Of a DNA stretch of 64,000 bases, positions 1-10,682 are shown piece after piece. The notes under the pieces were generated by a model. The model searched no databases. It had not been told where the DNA came from and was given only the letters and a program-made list of their open reading frames with translations. Origin of the DNA: an uncultured Clostridia bacterium (GTDB lineage: Bacteria; Bacillota; Clostridia; TANB77; CAG-508); the NCBI GenBank assembly GCA_934133175.1, contig CAKPAX010000002.1, positions 18,022 through 82,021 on the forward strand, written 5' to 3'. Within the stretch, counting starts at the first letter, position 1. Each line of letters begins with the position of its first letter. The translations under genes and the position numbers were made by a program.

Positions 1-135
1 TTCTACATTTGCATGAACTTTAAAATCTGACAATTTTGCAATTTCTGATACTCCTGCCCAATTTTCATATGCCTTTTTTGCATCTGCCAATTTAAATTTT
101 CTTAATACTAAATTATTTGTTTCTAATTCTTTCAT
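1..135 (-). CDS. GNAT-family N-acetyltransferase (RimJ/RimL-like), N-terminal part only; the gene runs off the window edge
   Basis: Reverse translation reads MKELETNNLVLRKFKLADAKKAYENWAGVSEIAK, a typical GNAT N-terminus. An AGGAGG RBS sits 7 nt upstream of the ATG at 133-135. Confidence 0.5.
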   Translation of the reverse strand, partial: MKELETNNLVLRKFKLADAKKAYENWAGVSEIAKLSDFKVHANVE

Positions 136-337
136 ATTTATTCCTCCTAAGTTTATTAAAGTATGCATAGTAAATATATTTAACACTTCTTATTACTTTT
201 TACAATTTTATTTTACAAAAAGCATGATTTTTTATATTTTTTTGCTATTTTTTATTTTTATAAAAATTTTTTTACATAACATAATAAATATTAAAATAAG
301 GTAAAGACAATTTAATTATCATTACCTTATTTTTCCT

Positions 338-898
338 TTAATTTTCTTTATATAAATAACATCCTTTTTGATGTGAATAAATAACTCCTATTGCTTGTAA
401 ATAAGAATATATAATTGTTGATCCAACAAACTTCATACCTCTTTTTTGCAAATCTTTAGAAATTTTATCTGATAACTCAGATGTTGTTTTATCTGATTCA
501 TATATTATTTTATTTTCTGTAAAATTCCATATATAATTAGAAAATGTTTTATATTCTTTTTGAATCAATTTAAAAATTTTACTATTATTTATTACAGCAT
601 TTATTTTTAATTTATTTCTAATTATATCTTTATTATTTATTAATTCTATGATTTTGTTTTCATTATAATTACATATTTTATTAATATCAAAATTATCAAA
701 AGCTTTTCTAAAAGCCTCTCTTTTGTTTAAAACACACTCCCAAGACAACCCAGCTTGAAATGATTCTAATATTAACAATTCATACAATTTTTTATCATCA
801 TATTCTGGTTTTCCCCATTCTTTATCGTGATATTCTATATATTTATCATTTTTAGGATTACACCATTTACATCTATTTTTATTATCTTTGTATTGCAT
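338..898 (-). CDS. tag: DNA-3-methyladenine glycosylase I
   Basis: 186 aa with YHDKEWGKP and ESFQAGLSW, the hallmark Tag motifs. Confidence 0.85.
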   Translation of the reverse strand: MQYKDNKNRCKWCNPKNDKYIEYHDKEWGKPEYDDKKLYELLILESFQAGLSWECVLNKREAFRKAFDNFDINKICNYNENKIIELINNKDIIRNKLKINAVINNSKIFKLIQKEYKTFSNYIWNFTENKIIYESDKTTSELSDKISKDLQKRGMKFVGSTIIYSYLQAIGVIYSHQKGCYLYKEN

Positions 899-1056
899 TG
901 CTTCTCCTATTCTATTTTTACATTAAAATAAAATTATATTTAGTTCTAATAATATTTTTACTCCTAAAAGAAATATAATTTTCTTTTATATATACCATAT
1001 AAAAATATAGTTTATAACTTGTATCTTCATCGTCTAAAGATTAACATATAATCACC

Positions 1057-2808
1057 TTATAAAAGCTTTTTTTCTAATTCTTCTTTAGAAATTTTAATTG
1101 TAGTTGGTCTTCCATGCGGACATGTATATGGATTTTTTAACTGAAGTAATTCATCTATTAATTCATGAACTTCTCTTTCTGTAAGATCCATATTAGCTTT
1201 AACTGCTGCTTTACATGCAACTGTTGCAATAAATCTTTCTTCTATATCTTTCATTGAACTTCTTTCTTTTGTTATCATTTCATCTAATATATCTAAAAAT
1301 ATAGTTTTATTATCTTTTACTTTAACTTTATATTCTATATTTGGTATTCCATTTATCTTAATTGAGTTTTCTCCAAATGTTTCAATATCAAATCCATAAT
1401 TTTTAAAAAGTTGTAAATTTTCCTGCACAAAATTTATTTCTTTATGCGTTAATGTTACAACCTCTGGAAACAACATCATTTGGCTGTTATTTTGAATATG
1501 ATTTTTATAGTTTTCTTTTATTTTTTCATATAATAATCTTTCGTGTGCAGCGTGTTGATCTACTAAAAATATTTCATTATCTATTTCTATAATAATAAAT
1601 GTTCTAAACAATATTCCAATAAATTTATAATCAATTTTTCTTTTATTTTCTCTAAGAATTAATTCATCTTGTTTTGTTTCTTCTATTTCAGTTTCCTCAG
1701 TAGTAATTTTTTCATTTACTTTTTCTGTTATTTTGTTTTCAAAATGATTTGTTAAAAATTTGTATTCATTATCTATATAATCTTTTTTATTTACTTCTAT
1801 TTCTTTATTTCCTAAAAAATCTTTATTTAAAATTGCTTCTTTTATTGCATGATACACAGCCCTATAAATTGTACTTTCATCTTTAAATCTAACTTCTTTT
1901 TTAGTTGGATGTACATTTATATCATATAAATCTGCTGGCATTTCTATATTTAATATATAAAATCCAAATTTTCCTATACCAGTTCCACCTTTAAAGGCTT
2001 GATCAGCACTATTTATTATAACTTGATTTTTTATATTTCTTTTATTTAAGAATACTATTTGATCTTTTCTAGTATCTTTTGCAATTATAGTATTTCCGAT
2101 TACTCCTGTAATTTTTATATTTCCTTCTTCATAATTAACATTTATGATATTTTCTTTAATTTCTTTACCATAAATTAAATATACAACATCTGTTAAATTG
2201 CCACTACCATTAGTATGTAAGATTGTTTTTCCTTCATTTATAAATTTAAAAGATACAGATGGATTAGCAAGTGCTGCTTTTTGTATAAAGTCTTTTATGT
2301 ATCTTAATTCTGTAGAATCTTGTTTTAAAAATTTATATCTAACAGGCGTATTAAAAAATAAATCTTCTACAATAATAGTTGTTCCTGTTTTAGCTGATAC
2401 TTCTTCTTTTTGAAAAATCTCTCCTGCTTCTGATAACATTTTTATTCCGGTTTGCTCATCAGCTGTTTTTGATATTATAGTTAATCTTGATATAGATGCA
2501 ATACTTGCTAATGCCTCACCTCTAAATCCCATTGTATATGTTTTTTCTAAATCTTCTACATAATGAATTTTAGATGTTGCATGTCTCTCTATTGATATGT
2601 CCATATCATCACTTCTAATCCCTTTTCCATCATCAACTATTTTTATAAGAGTTTTTCCACCCTTCTTTATTTCTACTACTATGTTTTTAGCTCCAGCATC
2701 TATAGAGTTTTCTACTAATTCCTTTACTACATTTGCTGGTCTTTCTATAACTTCACCAGCAGCTATTTGATTTATTGTTAAATCATCTAATAATACTATA
2801 TTTCCCAT
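1057..2808 (-). CDS. mutL: DNA mismatch repair protein MutL
   Basis: N-terminal GHKL ATPase motifs (NQIAAGEVIERPANVVKELVENSIDAGA) and a C-terminal dimerisation region. The start is placed at MGNIV; the ORF track extends 16 codons further upstream. Confidence 0.9.
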   Translation of the reverse strand: MGNIVLLDDLTINQIAAGEVIERPANVVKELVENSIDAGAKNIVVEIKKGGKTLIKIVDDGKGIRSDDMDISIERHATSKIHYVEDLEKTYTMGFRGEALASIASISRLTIISKTADEQTGIKMLSEAGEIFQKEEVSAKTGTTIIVEDLFFNTPVRYKFLKQDSTELRYIKDFIQKAALANPSVSFKFINEGKTILHTNGSGNLTDVVYLIYGKEIKENIINVNYEEGNIKITGVIGNTIIAKDTRKDQIVFLNKRNIKNQVIINSADQAFKGGTGIGKFGFYILNIEMPADLYDINVHPTKKEVRFKDESTIYRAVYHAIKEAILNKDFLGNKEIEVNKKDYIDNEYKFLTNHFENKITEKVNEKITTEETEIEETKQDELILRENKRKIDYKFIGILFRTFIIIEIDNEIFLVDQHAAHERLLYEKIKENYKNHIQNNSQMMLFPEVVTLTHKEINFVQENLQLFKNYGFDIETFGENSIKINGIPNIEYKVKVKDNKTIFLDILDEMITKERSSMKDIEERFIATVACKAAVKANMDLTEREVHELIDELLQLKNPYTCPHGRPTTIKISKEELEKKLL

Positions 2809-2892
2809 AACTTTTCCTTCATTTTTTACTTCTTTTATATTATAAATAAAAATCAATAAAATGTAAATTACATTTTATTGATTTTTGTATTA

Positions 2893-5265
2893 TTATTCAT
2901 TTCCTTTTAAACTTGTTACCATATCTATTTTCTTAACTTTTCTAGCTAATATTTTTGATGTTAAATATGATACAATAAATGTTCCTATAATAGCATATAT
3001 ATATGATAAAATTCCTATATATGCACTAAAATCATATGTATCATTTAATGCTGCTTTAAATATATAATCTAACATAAAATATCCTATAGGTAATCCAATA
3101 ATAATTGAAATAACTGTTATCCAATTATTTTGTTTAATATAAATATTTTTAATCTTTTTGTCTTTAAATCCTAATACCTTTAATGTAGCAAATTGATATT
3201 GTTTTTCTGTAAATGATAATATTCCTAAGTTATAAATTATAACACTACCTAATAATGCTGCTACAACAATTAAAAGTATAATCATTGTTTTCATTGTATT
3301 TAACATACTAGCAATTCCTTCTTCTAAAGCTTTAATATCTTGTATTAGGTTTACTCCATCAATTTGTTTTGTATTACTTAAATCCTCTCTTGTATATACT
3401 GTATCTGCTTTGTATGTTAATCCTAATGATTCCATATATTTTCTTGTCATTTTTACATTTTGATTTTGTGGATCTCTATCAAATCCAACTATTTCTGTTT
3501 CATAATATTTATCTTCACCATATATATGCCAAGTAATTTTATCTCCTATTTTATATCCATTTGTTTCTGCAAGTTTTTGTGTAACATAAATTCCATCATC
3601 TTTTAAATCAATTAAATCATAATTTTTATCTGCAAATCTTATATAATCATTTGCATCTGTTACAAATATGTTGTTTGCTTCTCTTGTATCACCTTTTTTA
3701 ATTTCTATTCCTAAAGTTTCTGATGTATTTTTTCCATATTGATCAATAATTTTTTGATATTGTTCATCTGTATAATCTTCATTTAAAGAAAGTTTGTATT
3801 TAAAATTATATAATTTTTTGAATTGAATATCTATAAAATTATTCATTGTATCTAACATTCCAAAAGCACATAATATAAGCATACAACATCCTGTTATTCC
3901 TGCAATTCCCATTAATGTTCTAATTTTATTTCTTACTATATCTCTTATATTCCATTTTGATGAAAAACCTAATTTTTTAAATATTCCCTTTGTTGTTAGA
4001 TTTAAACTATTTCTTTTTACTTTAGGTAATTGTGTTCTTAAAGTTTCTGCTGGATTTTCTCTTAATTCACTTCTACATGTTAAATATGTAACTAGTGATA
4101 CTGCAAGTACAACTAATGCTCCTATTACAAAACTACTATTAGCAACAGCTGCATGACCATTTGGTACTTGGAAATATGACATCTCCATTTGAATAAATAA
4201 ATTACCTATAAATAATGGACCTGCTATTAATCCTAAAATTGTAGCAATTAATGAAATCCAAAATCCATATCCAACATAATGTGCTGTAATTTTTCTATTT
4301 TTAAATCCAAGAGCTTTTAATGTTCCAATTTGTACTCTTTGTTTTTTTATTACTCTTGTCATTGTTGTAATTACAGATAGCATTGCTATAAATAAGAATA
4401 ATCCAGAGAAGATTCCAACATATGTTTCTCCTTCTTCAATTTCTCCTTGATATGTAGAATAAGAAACAGAATCTTTAAAATCTGTTATTGCAAGTGCATC
4501 TTTAACATTATCTTCAATTTCATTTTTCACACTACTTTTATTTTCTTCATTATTTACATCTACCATTATATAGTTAAATGTTAAATAATCTTTTGCATTA
4601 AAATCTTTTACTAATAAATCAAATGTTTCTTCATTTAATATATTCATTTGTGACATTACTTGTTTTTTTATGTAATGTTCTGGAAATTCATTTATAGATA
4701 AATAACAAAATCCGTAATCTATATGATTTGGAAATAATGATGATTCATCTTTTATATCATATATATGATCAGGAACTTTTATTAATCCTAAAACTTTTTC
4801 TTCAAAAGTCTCTTTATCATAAGTTAATTTGATTGTATCTCCAACTTTTATATTGTTATTTTTTGCATAAAACTCATCAAGCCATGCTCCTTTTGCATTT
4901 TTATCAAATCCAACTCCATCTGCCACATAAAATTTAGAAATATCATTACTTTCTATAAAGTTTAATTGTAATGTTCTGTCTTCATCTGCTTCCATATTTG
5001 CTACTATTGTTAATTTTCGTTCTGCATTATTTACATTATCTAAAGATTTAATTTTATCTAAATCTTCTTTAGAAAAATTTGAACCAACTACATCTAAGTC
5101 TTGAACATTGTTTTCTTTATAAAAGACATCAGCTGTTTGAACCATTCCATCCATATAAGAACGAATTCCACCATATACCATAACTCCCATAAAGACCATT
5201 AACAATATAGTTATAAATTGTGATAGGTTTATTTTTATATCACGAAACATCTTTCTTTTTAGCAT
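2893..5265 (-). CDS. ABC transporter permease, FtsX/MacB-like with duplicated FtsX domains
   Basis: 790 aa with N-terminal and late TM clusters typical of two-FtsX-domain permeases. It is paired in an operon with the ATPase and the two reading frames overlap by 1 nt. Confidence 0.75.
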   Translation of the reverse strand: MLKRKMFRDIKINLSQFITILLMVFMGVMVYGGIRSYMDGMVQTADVFYKENNVQDLDVVGSNFSKEDLDKIKSLDNVNNAERKLTIVANMEADEDRTLQLNFIESNDISKFYVADGVGFDKNAKGAWLDEFYAKNNNIKVGDTIKLTYDKETFEEKVLGLIKVPDHIYDIKDESSLFPNHIDYGFCYLSINEFPEHYIKKQVMSQMNILNEETFDLLVKDFNAKDYLTFNYIMVDVNNEENKSSVKNEIEDNVKDALAITDFKDSVSYSTYQGEIEEGETYVGIFSGLFLFIAMLSVITTMTRVIKKQRVQIGTLKALGFKNRKITAHYVGYGFWISLIATILGLIAGPLFIGNLFIQMEMSYFQVPNGHAAVANSSFVIGALVVLAVSLVTYLTCRSELRENPAETLRTQLPKVKRNSLNLTTKGIFKKLGFSSKWNIRDIVRNKIRTLMGIAGITGCCMLILCAFGMLDTMNNFIDIQFKKLYNFKYKLSLNEDYTDEQYQKIIDQYGKNTSETLGIEIKKGDTREANNIFVTDANDYIRFADKNYDLIDLKDDGIYVTQKLAETNGYKIGDKITWHIYGEDKYYETEIVGFDRDPQNQNVKMTRKYMESLGLTYKADTVYTREDLSNTKQIDGVNLIQDIKALEEGIASMLNTMKTMIILLIVVAALLGSVIIYNLGILSFTEKQYQFATLKVLGFKDKKIKNIYIKQNNWITVISIIIGLPIGYFMLDYIFKAALNDTYDFSAYIGILSYIYAIIGTFIVSYLTSKILARKVKKIDMVTSLKGNE

Positions 5266-5266
5266 T

Positions 5267-5977
5267 TTACCATTTCACCTCATCAATCTTTTTAGGATTT
5301 TCGTTTATTTCATTGCTTTCAATCTTTCCATTTTTTACTCTTATAACTCTATCTGCAACTTCTGCAATCAAGCTATTATGTGTTACTATAACTACAGTAT
5401 TCTTTTTATTTTCATCTTCACATTGTTTCTTTAATAATTTTAAAACTTCAACACCTGTTTTTGAATCTAATGCTCCTGTTGGTTCATCACATAACAACAA
5501 TAATGGATCTTTAGCTATAGCTCTTGCAATTGAAACTCTTTGTTGTTCTCCTCCTGATAATTGATTTGGAAATTTATTATAATGTTTTTCAAGTCCAACT
5601 TCTTTTAATATTTCTTTAGCATCTTTAGGATTTTTTACTATATCATCAATTAACTCAACATTTTCTAAAACTGTTAATGTTGGTAATATGTTATAAAATT
5701 GGAATATAAATCCTATATTTTCTGCTCTATAATCTGTAAGTTTGCTATCATTAAATTCTGATATAACTTGATCTCCTACTTTAATTTCACCACTTGTAAC
5801 TTTATCCATTCCACCTAATAAATTTAATAATGTAGATTTTCCTGCTCCTGATGGTCCAAGTATTACTACAAATTCTCCTTTGTTAATTGAAAAAGATACA
5901 CCATCTAATGCATTAAAGCTTTTTTCTCCAATGGTATATGTTTTCTTTACATTTTTTAATTTTATAAGTTCTTCCAT
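5267..5977 (-). CDS. ABC transporter ATP-binding protein (MacB/LolD family)
   Basis: Walker [10 protein letters not shown], the [14 protein letters not shown] signature and Walker B LLLCDEPT. Confidence 0.85.
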   Translation of the reverse strand: MEELIKLKNVKKTYTIGEKSFNALDGVSFSINKGEFVVILGPSGAGKSTLLNLLGGMDKVTSGEIKVGDQVISEFNDSKLTDYRAENIGFIFQFYNILPTLTVLENVELIDDIVKNPKDAKEILKEVGLEKHYNKFPNQLSGGEQQRVSIARAIAKDPLLLLCDEPTGALDSKTGVEVLKLLKKQCEDENKKNTVVIVTHNSLIAEVADRVIRVKNGKIESNEINENPKKIDEVKW

Positions 5978-6102
5978 TAATTTTACCTCTTTCTTTATAT
6001 ATTAAATATCAAATATGAATGATTATTCACATTTCTTAAATATTATACTTCTATTTAATTATGAAGTCAATAAAAATATGAAACTTTTTTCACATTTTTA
6101 TA

Positions 6103-6131
6103 TTGCTTTTTAATTTTTTACAGTGTATAAT
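6103..6131 (+). promoter_or_regulatory. Sigma-A-type promoter for the TetR gene (-35 TTGCTT, 17-bp spacer, -10 TATAAT)
   Basis: TTGCTT at 6103-6108 and TATAAT at 6126-6131. RBS GAGGTGA at 6141-6147 precedes a GTG at 6153. Confidence 0.5.
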
Positions 6132-6152
6132 AATATTTATGAGGTGATTAAA

Positions 6153-6776
6153 GTGTCAGAAACTAGAATGCCAACACAAAAAAGATCAATTGAAAAAAGA
6201 AATAGAATTATAGAAAAAGGCTTTTATCTTATGTGTGAAGAAGGATATTACAATACGAACACAACACAAATTGCAGAATATGCTGGTGTTTCTACTGGCA
6301 TTATTTATCAATATTTTAATGACAAAAAAGATATTTTTATTGAAGGAGTAAAAAATTATTCTGATCAAATTATGTTTCCAATGTTAAATATATTAGAAAC
6401 ACAAAAAATTGATATAAACAATATGCAAAATGTAAAAAAATTGTTACATAATATTATAGATAAATTTATCGAAAGTCACACTATTTCTAAAAAAGCTCAT
6501 GAAGAATTAATTGCTATGTCGCACTTAGATGCTGATGTTGCAGCAATTTTTAAAAATTCTGAAATTAATATAACAAAAAAAGTTGTATCCTTATTAGAAG
6601 AAAATAATATTATTATAGATAATGCAAATGAAAAAGTTCATATAATAATTGGTGTTGTTGATAATTTATGTCATGAAATAGTTTATCATAAACATAGTAT
6701 TATAAATTATGATATTATGGTTGATGAAGTTATTAATATAATAATTATGCTTTTACAAACAAAAACGAATCAATAG
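6153..6776 (+). CDS. TetR/AcrR family transcriptional regulator, divergent from the ABC exporter
   Basis: N-terminal HTH with the TetR signature (RNRIIEKGFYLMCEEGYYNTNTTQIAEYAGVSTGIIYQYF). The start is taken as the GTG after the RBS; the ORF track begins at an upstream ATG at 6123. Confidence 0.75.
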   Translation: MSETRMPTQKRSIEKRNRIIEKGFYLMCEEGYYNTNTTQIAEYAGVSTGIIYQYFNDKKDIFIEGVKNYSDQIMFPMLNILETQKIDINNMQNVKKLLHNIIDKFIESHTISKKAHEELIAMSHLDADVAAIFKNSEINITKKVVSLLEENNIIIDNANEKVHIIIGVVDNLCHEIVYHKHSIINYDIMVDEVINIIIMLLQTKTNQ

Positions 6777-6800
6777 AATTTCTATAGATTCGTTTTTTAT

Positions 6801-7853
6801 TTATATTATTTTTCCTCCACCTACAACAATATCATCAATATAAAATACTGCAGATTGTCCTGGTGTTATTGCTCTTTGAGGTTCATCAAATTCAATTTTA
6901 ATATTATTACCTTCTTGAATAATATTAGCTTTTGCAGATTTAGAAGAATATCTTGTTTTTACTTCAACTTCTAGCTTTTCATTTATTTCATCAAAAAGTA
7001 ATAAATTTATATCTGTAACAATTACTTCTTTTTTGTATAATTCCTTTTCTTCTCCTACTATTACTTCATTTTTTTGTTTATCAAAACCAACAACAAACAA
7101 TGGAACCTTGTAGGATATACCCAAACCTTTACGTTGTCCTATTGTATAATTATATAAACCTGTATGTTTTCCTAAAACTTCTCCTTTAGTATTTACAATA
7201 TTTCCTTGTTTTGGTTTTATATTAGAATTATTTTCTAAAAATTTTTTATAATTGCCATCTGGCACAAAACAAATATCTTCACTATCTGGCTTATTAGCAA
7301 CCTTTAAATTATTTTCTCTTGCTATTTCTCTTATATTATCTTTACTTTCAAAATCAGATAAAGGAAATAATATATGTTCAACTAAATCTTTAGGAATATT
7401 CCATAAAACATAACTTTGATCTTTTTTTCCTGCATTAGATTTTTTTAATACCCATCTATTATATTTTTCACTATATTCCGTTTTAGCATAATGTCCTGTT
7501 GCTATGTAATTACATCCTAATTTTTTTGCTTTTTCCCACATAAAACCAAATTTCATATATTTATTACATTCTATACATGGATTTGGTGTTTTACAACAAG
7601 AATAACAATTTATAAAGTCATCAATAACGTATGTTTTAAATATATCTTTACAATTATAAATAAAATGTGGCATTCCTATTTGATTACATACATTTTTTGC
7701 ATCCATATATGTTTCTGTATTACAACAACTACTACCTGTAAATAATTCTAATGTTGTACCAATTACTTCATAACCTCTTTGTTTTAAAAGCAAAGCAGAT
7801 ACAGAACTATCTACTCCACCACTCATACCTAATAATACTTTTTTATTCTCCAT
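6801..7853 (-). CDS. mnmA: tRNA-specific 2-thiouridylase MnmA
   Basis: PP-loop LLGMSGGVDSSVSALLL and conserved MnmA Cys residues. AGGAAG RBS before ATG (MENKK). Last gene of the suf-sufU cluster. Confidence 0.9.
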   Translation of the reverse strand: MENKKVLLGMSGGVDSSVSALLLKQRGYEVIGTTLELFTGSSCCNTETYMDAKNVCNQIGMPHFIYNCKDIFKTYVIDDFINCYSCCKTPNPCIECNKYMKFGFMWEKAKKLGCNYIATGHYAKTEYSEKYNRWVLKKSNAGKKDQSYVLWNIPKDLVEHILFPLSDFESKDNIREIARENNLKVANKPDSEDICFVPDGNYKKFLENNSNIKPKQGNIVNTKGEVLGKHTGLYNYTIGQRKGLGISYKVPLFVVGFDKQKNEVIVGEEKELYKKEVIVTDINLLLFDEINEKLEVEVKTRYSSKSAKANIIQEGNNIKIEFDEPQRAITPGQSAVFYIDDIVVGGGKII

Positions 7854-7867
7854 ATTTTCTTCCTTTA

Positions 7868-8335
7868 CTAATGACAACAATTAATATTTCCGCTTCCATT
7901 ATTATCATTTTTATTCAATATATCTTCTAATGTATGCCATGCTAAAAGAGCACATTTAACTCTTGCTGGCATATTAGATATATTTCTAAATGCTATTGCA
8001 TCTTCTAATTTTTTTAGTTTTTCTTCATCTTTTTCTTCTCTTTTTATCATAGCTATAAAAGTACTTATAATATCTTTAGCTTCTTTAATTGTCTTTCCTC
8101 TCAAGGTATCAATCATTATAGATGTTGATGCTTGTGAAATAGCACATCCATGTCCTAAAAAAGCCATATCTTCAATTATATCTCCATTTAATTTTAACTC
8201 TAATGTTATTTCATCTCCGCAATTTGGATTGTGTCCAATTTCTTCATAATCTACATCATCTAATTTTTTCTTATTATACGAATTCATGCTATGTTCCATT
8301 ATTAATTCATTATATACATCTGTTAACTCGTCCAT
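7868..8335 (-). CDS. sufU: SUF-type Fe-S cluster scaffold SufU (NifU/IscU-like)
   Basis: Three conserved Cys (GDEITLELKL..., LGHGCAIS, RVKCALLA), as in SufU. Confidence 0.8.
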   Translation of the reverse strand: MDELTDVYNELIMEHSMNSYNKKKLDDVDYEEIGHNPNCGDEITLELKLNGDIIEDMAFLGHGCAISQASTSIMIDTLRGKTIKEAKDIISTFIAMIKREEKDEEKLKKLEDAIAFRNISNMPARVKCALLAWHTLEDILNKNDNNGSGNINCCH

Positions 8336-8347
8336 ATTAACCTCTTT

Positions 8348-9562
8348 TTATTTTATAATATATTTTTTAAACATGTCATAAGCTTTATTTAATGCTTTAA
8401 CTAATCTATCTACATCTTCTTTTGTGTTGTAAAAATAGAAACTTGCTCTACATGTAGAATCAATACCTAAAAATCTAAGTAGTGGCTGTGCACAATGATT
8501 TCCAGATCTAACACATACTCCTTCTGAATCTAATATACTTGCAACATCATGTGGGTGTACTCCATTTATATTAAATGAAATTACACTTGAATGATTTTCT
8601 TTATTAGGTGTTAAATATAGTGTTAAGAAATCTAATTTTGATAGTTCTTCTCTTGCATAAGAAAGTAAATCATTTTCTATTTTTTGTATATTATCATATC
8701 CAAAATTATTTATATAATCAATAGCTGAGCCTAATCCTATTACTCCTTCTATATTTTGTGTTCCTGCTTCAAATTTATTTGGAAGCGGAGCAAATGTAGT
8801 ATTTTGTTCATATACATACTCTATCATATCTCCACCCATTAAAAATGGAGTCATATCATTTAATATTTCTCTTTTACCATATAACACACCTATACCTAAA
8901 GGTGCTAACATTTTGTGTCCAGAAAATACTAAAAAGTCACAATCTAAATCTTGTACATCTATTTTCATATGAGGTATACTTTGAGATGCATCAACAATAA
9001 CTATAGCACCTTTTTTATGTGCATATTTTATAATTTTTTTAATATTATTTATTGTTCCTAGGACATTAGAAACATGTGTAATTCCAACTATTTTAGTTTT
9101 ATCTGTAATTTTATTTTCTATTTCTTCATCAGAAATTTCAAATTCATCATTTATATACATATAGTTTAATTTAGCATCTGTTTGCTTTGCAACCTTTTGC
9201 CAAGGAACCAAATTAGAATGATGTTCCATTATTGATATAACAATTTCATCATCTTTTTTTAGTTTGTCTAAACCATATGAGTATGCAATTAAATTTAAAC
9301 TTTCTGTTGCATTTTTAGAAAAAATTATTTCTTCTCTATGTTTTGCATTTATAAAATTTGCAATTTTTGTTCTTGTATCTTCATATATAGCACTTGCTTC
9401 TGTACTTAAAGAATACGCTCCTCTATGCACATTAGCATTATAATTTTCGTAAAAATCTTCTATTGCTTTTATTACTTGTTTTGGCTTTTGAGTTGTAGCT
9501 CCACTATCTAAATAGGCTATATTTCTATTTTTTAAAATTGGAAAATCATCTCTTATATCCAT
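8348..9562 (-). CDS. sufS: Cysteine desulfurase SufS (class V aminotransferase)
   Basis: 404 aa. PLP-lysine region SGHKM and active-site Cys loop RSGNHCAQP. Confidence 0.85.
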   Translation of the reverse strand: MDIRDDFPILKNRNIAYLDSGATTQKPKQVIKAIEDFYENYNANVHRGAYSLSTEASAIYEDTRTKIANFINAKHREEIIFSKNATESLNLIAYSYGLDKLKKDDEIVISIMEHHSNLVPWQKVAKQTDAKLNYMYINDEFEISDEEIENKITDKTKIVGITHVSNVLGTINNIKKIIKYAHKKGAIVIVDASQSIPHMKIDVQDLDCDFLVFSGHKMLAPLGIGVLYGKREILNDMTPFLMGGDMIEYVYEQNTTFAPLPNKFEAGTQNIEGVIGLGSAIDYINNFGYDNIQKIENDLLSYAREELSKLDFLTLYLTPNKENHSSVISFNINGVHPHDVASILDSEGVCVRSGNHCAQPLLRFLGIDSTCRASFYFYNTKEDVDRLVKALNKAYDMFKKYIIK

Positions 9563-9589
9563 TTCTTACACTTCCCATTTTTATATTTA

Positions 9590-10654
9590 TTAATCTAATC
9601 TTTTATCTATTTCTTGTAAAATTTTTTCTTTTAATTCTTCATTTTTTATGTTTTCTAAGATTTTATTAAATCTTGCTCTTACCATTAATTTCATAGCTTC
9701 TTTTAATTCAAAACCTCTACTCATAATGTAAAATAATTCTTTTTCTTCCATTTTTCCTGCTGATGTACTATGATTTCCTTCTACATCTTCTTCTGAACAT
9801 AAAAGCATTGGTAATGCAAGTGATTTAGCTTTATCAGACAACAACATACATGCTTCGTTTTCATTTCCTTTGGCTTTTTTACATCCTCTTTTAAAATCAA
9901 TTGTTCCTTTAAAATGTTTTCTAGCATTATCTTTTAATGCTCCTTGAACATCTATATCTATATTTGATTTTTTACCTCTTAATTCTCCTATATAATTCAA
10001 GTCAAATAATTGATTTTCTTTTCCTAAATATATTGTATTTAATATATTATTTGAACAATCTCCAATTAAATTCGAATAATAGTTTGTAATACTATTTTTT
10101 CCACCAAAATCTACTATTGTAAATTTTGCATCTGCATTTTCTTCAAAAGTATTTTGTATACTTAAAAAGTTATTTGAATTTTGGCTTAATAAATTAATTA
10201 TTATAACATTTATTTTAGAATTTTGTTTTGCTATTAAATTAATAATTCCATTATGAAATGCTTCTATATCATTAATAGATTCATATTTTAAAATAATAGT
10301 TGATTTTGTATTTTCGTTTGCCACAATTTCTATATTTTCAATAAAATTTAAGTTTTTTTCATCTATATTAAAATTAATTTGTAAATCATTTTTTATTTTA
10401 GAATTTACTACTATTTTCATTTTTTTATTTGATTTTGCTTTTACTTGACTTGTTAATATTTCTCCCAAACCATATGTTAAATTAAAATCATCAACATTTG
10501 TCTGTATATCTATTTTTGAATCTTGTCCAATTATTTCTATATTATTAAATTCTTCAACATCTTCAGGAATATTTATATTTTCTAATTTTATATTATTAAT
10601 ATTAAAATTTCTTGAAGTTCTAACTGGTGTTTCATTTAATTTTAATTCTTCCAT
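9590..10654 (-). CDS. sufD: Fe-S cluster assembly protein SufD
   Basis: 354 aa with a C-terminal SufB/SufD beta-helix region similar to the preceding SufB. Position between sufB and sufS. Confidence 0.75.
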   Translation of the reverse strand: MEELKLNETPVRTSRNFNINNIKLENINIPEDVEEFNNIEIIGQDSKIDIQTNVDDFNLTYGLGEILTSQVKAKSNKKMKIVVNSKIKNDLQINFNIDEKNLNFIENIEIVANENTKSTIILKYESINDIEAFHNGIINLIAKQNSKINVIIINLLSQNSNNFLSIQNTFEENADAKFTIVDFGGKNSITNYYSNLIGDCSNNILNTIYLGKENQLFDLNYIGELRGKKSNIDIDVQGALKDNARKHFKGTIDFKRGCKKAKGNENEACMLLSDKAKSLALPMLLCSEEDVEGNHSTSAGKMEEKELFYIMSRGFELKEAMKLMVRARFNKILENIKNEELKEKILQEIDKRLD

Positions 10655-10682
10655 TTTTGTTCCTTTCCAAAATAAAGTTTAA

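Noticed and set aside
5220-5564. Numerous short antisense ORFs from the track that lie inside annotated genes (for example 2198-2413, 5220-5564, 11827-12015, 21179-21436, 25339-25557, 30383-30601, 33260-33778, 34847-35239, 36778-37140, 39425-39790, 47172-47504, 51731-52048, 53620-54027, 54863-55177)
   Set aside because: Each lies wholly inside and antisense to a well-supported conserved gene, and has a Leu/Phe/Ile-rich low-complexity translation typical of AT-rich antisense frames.
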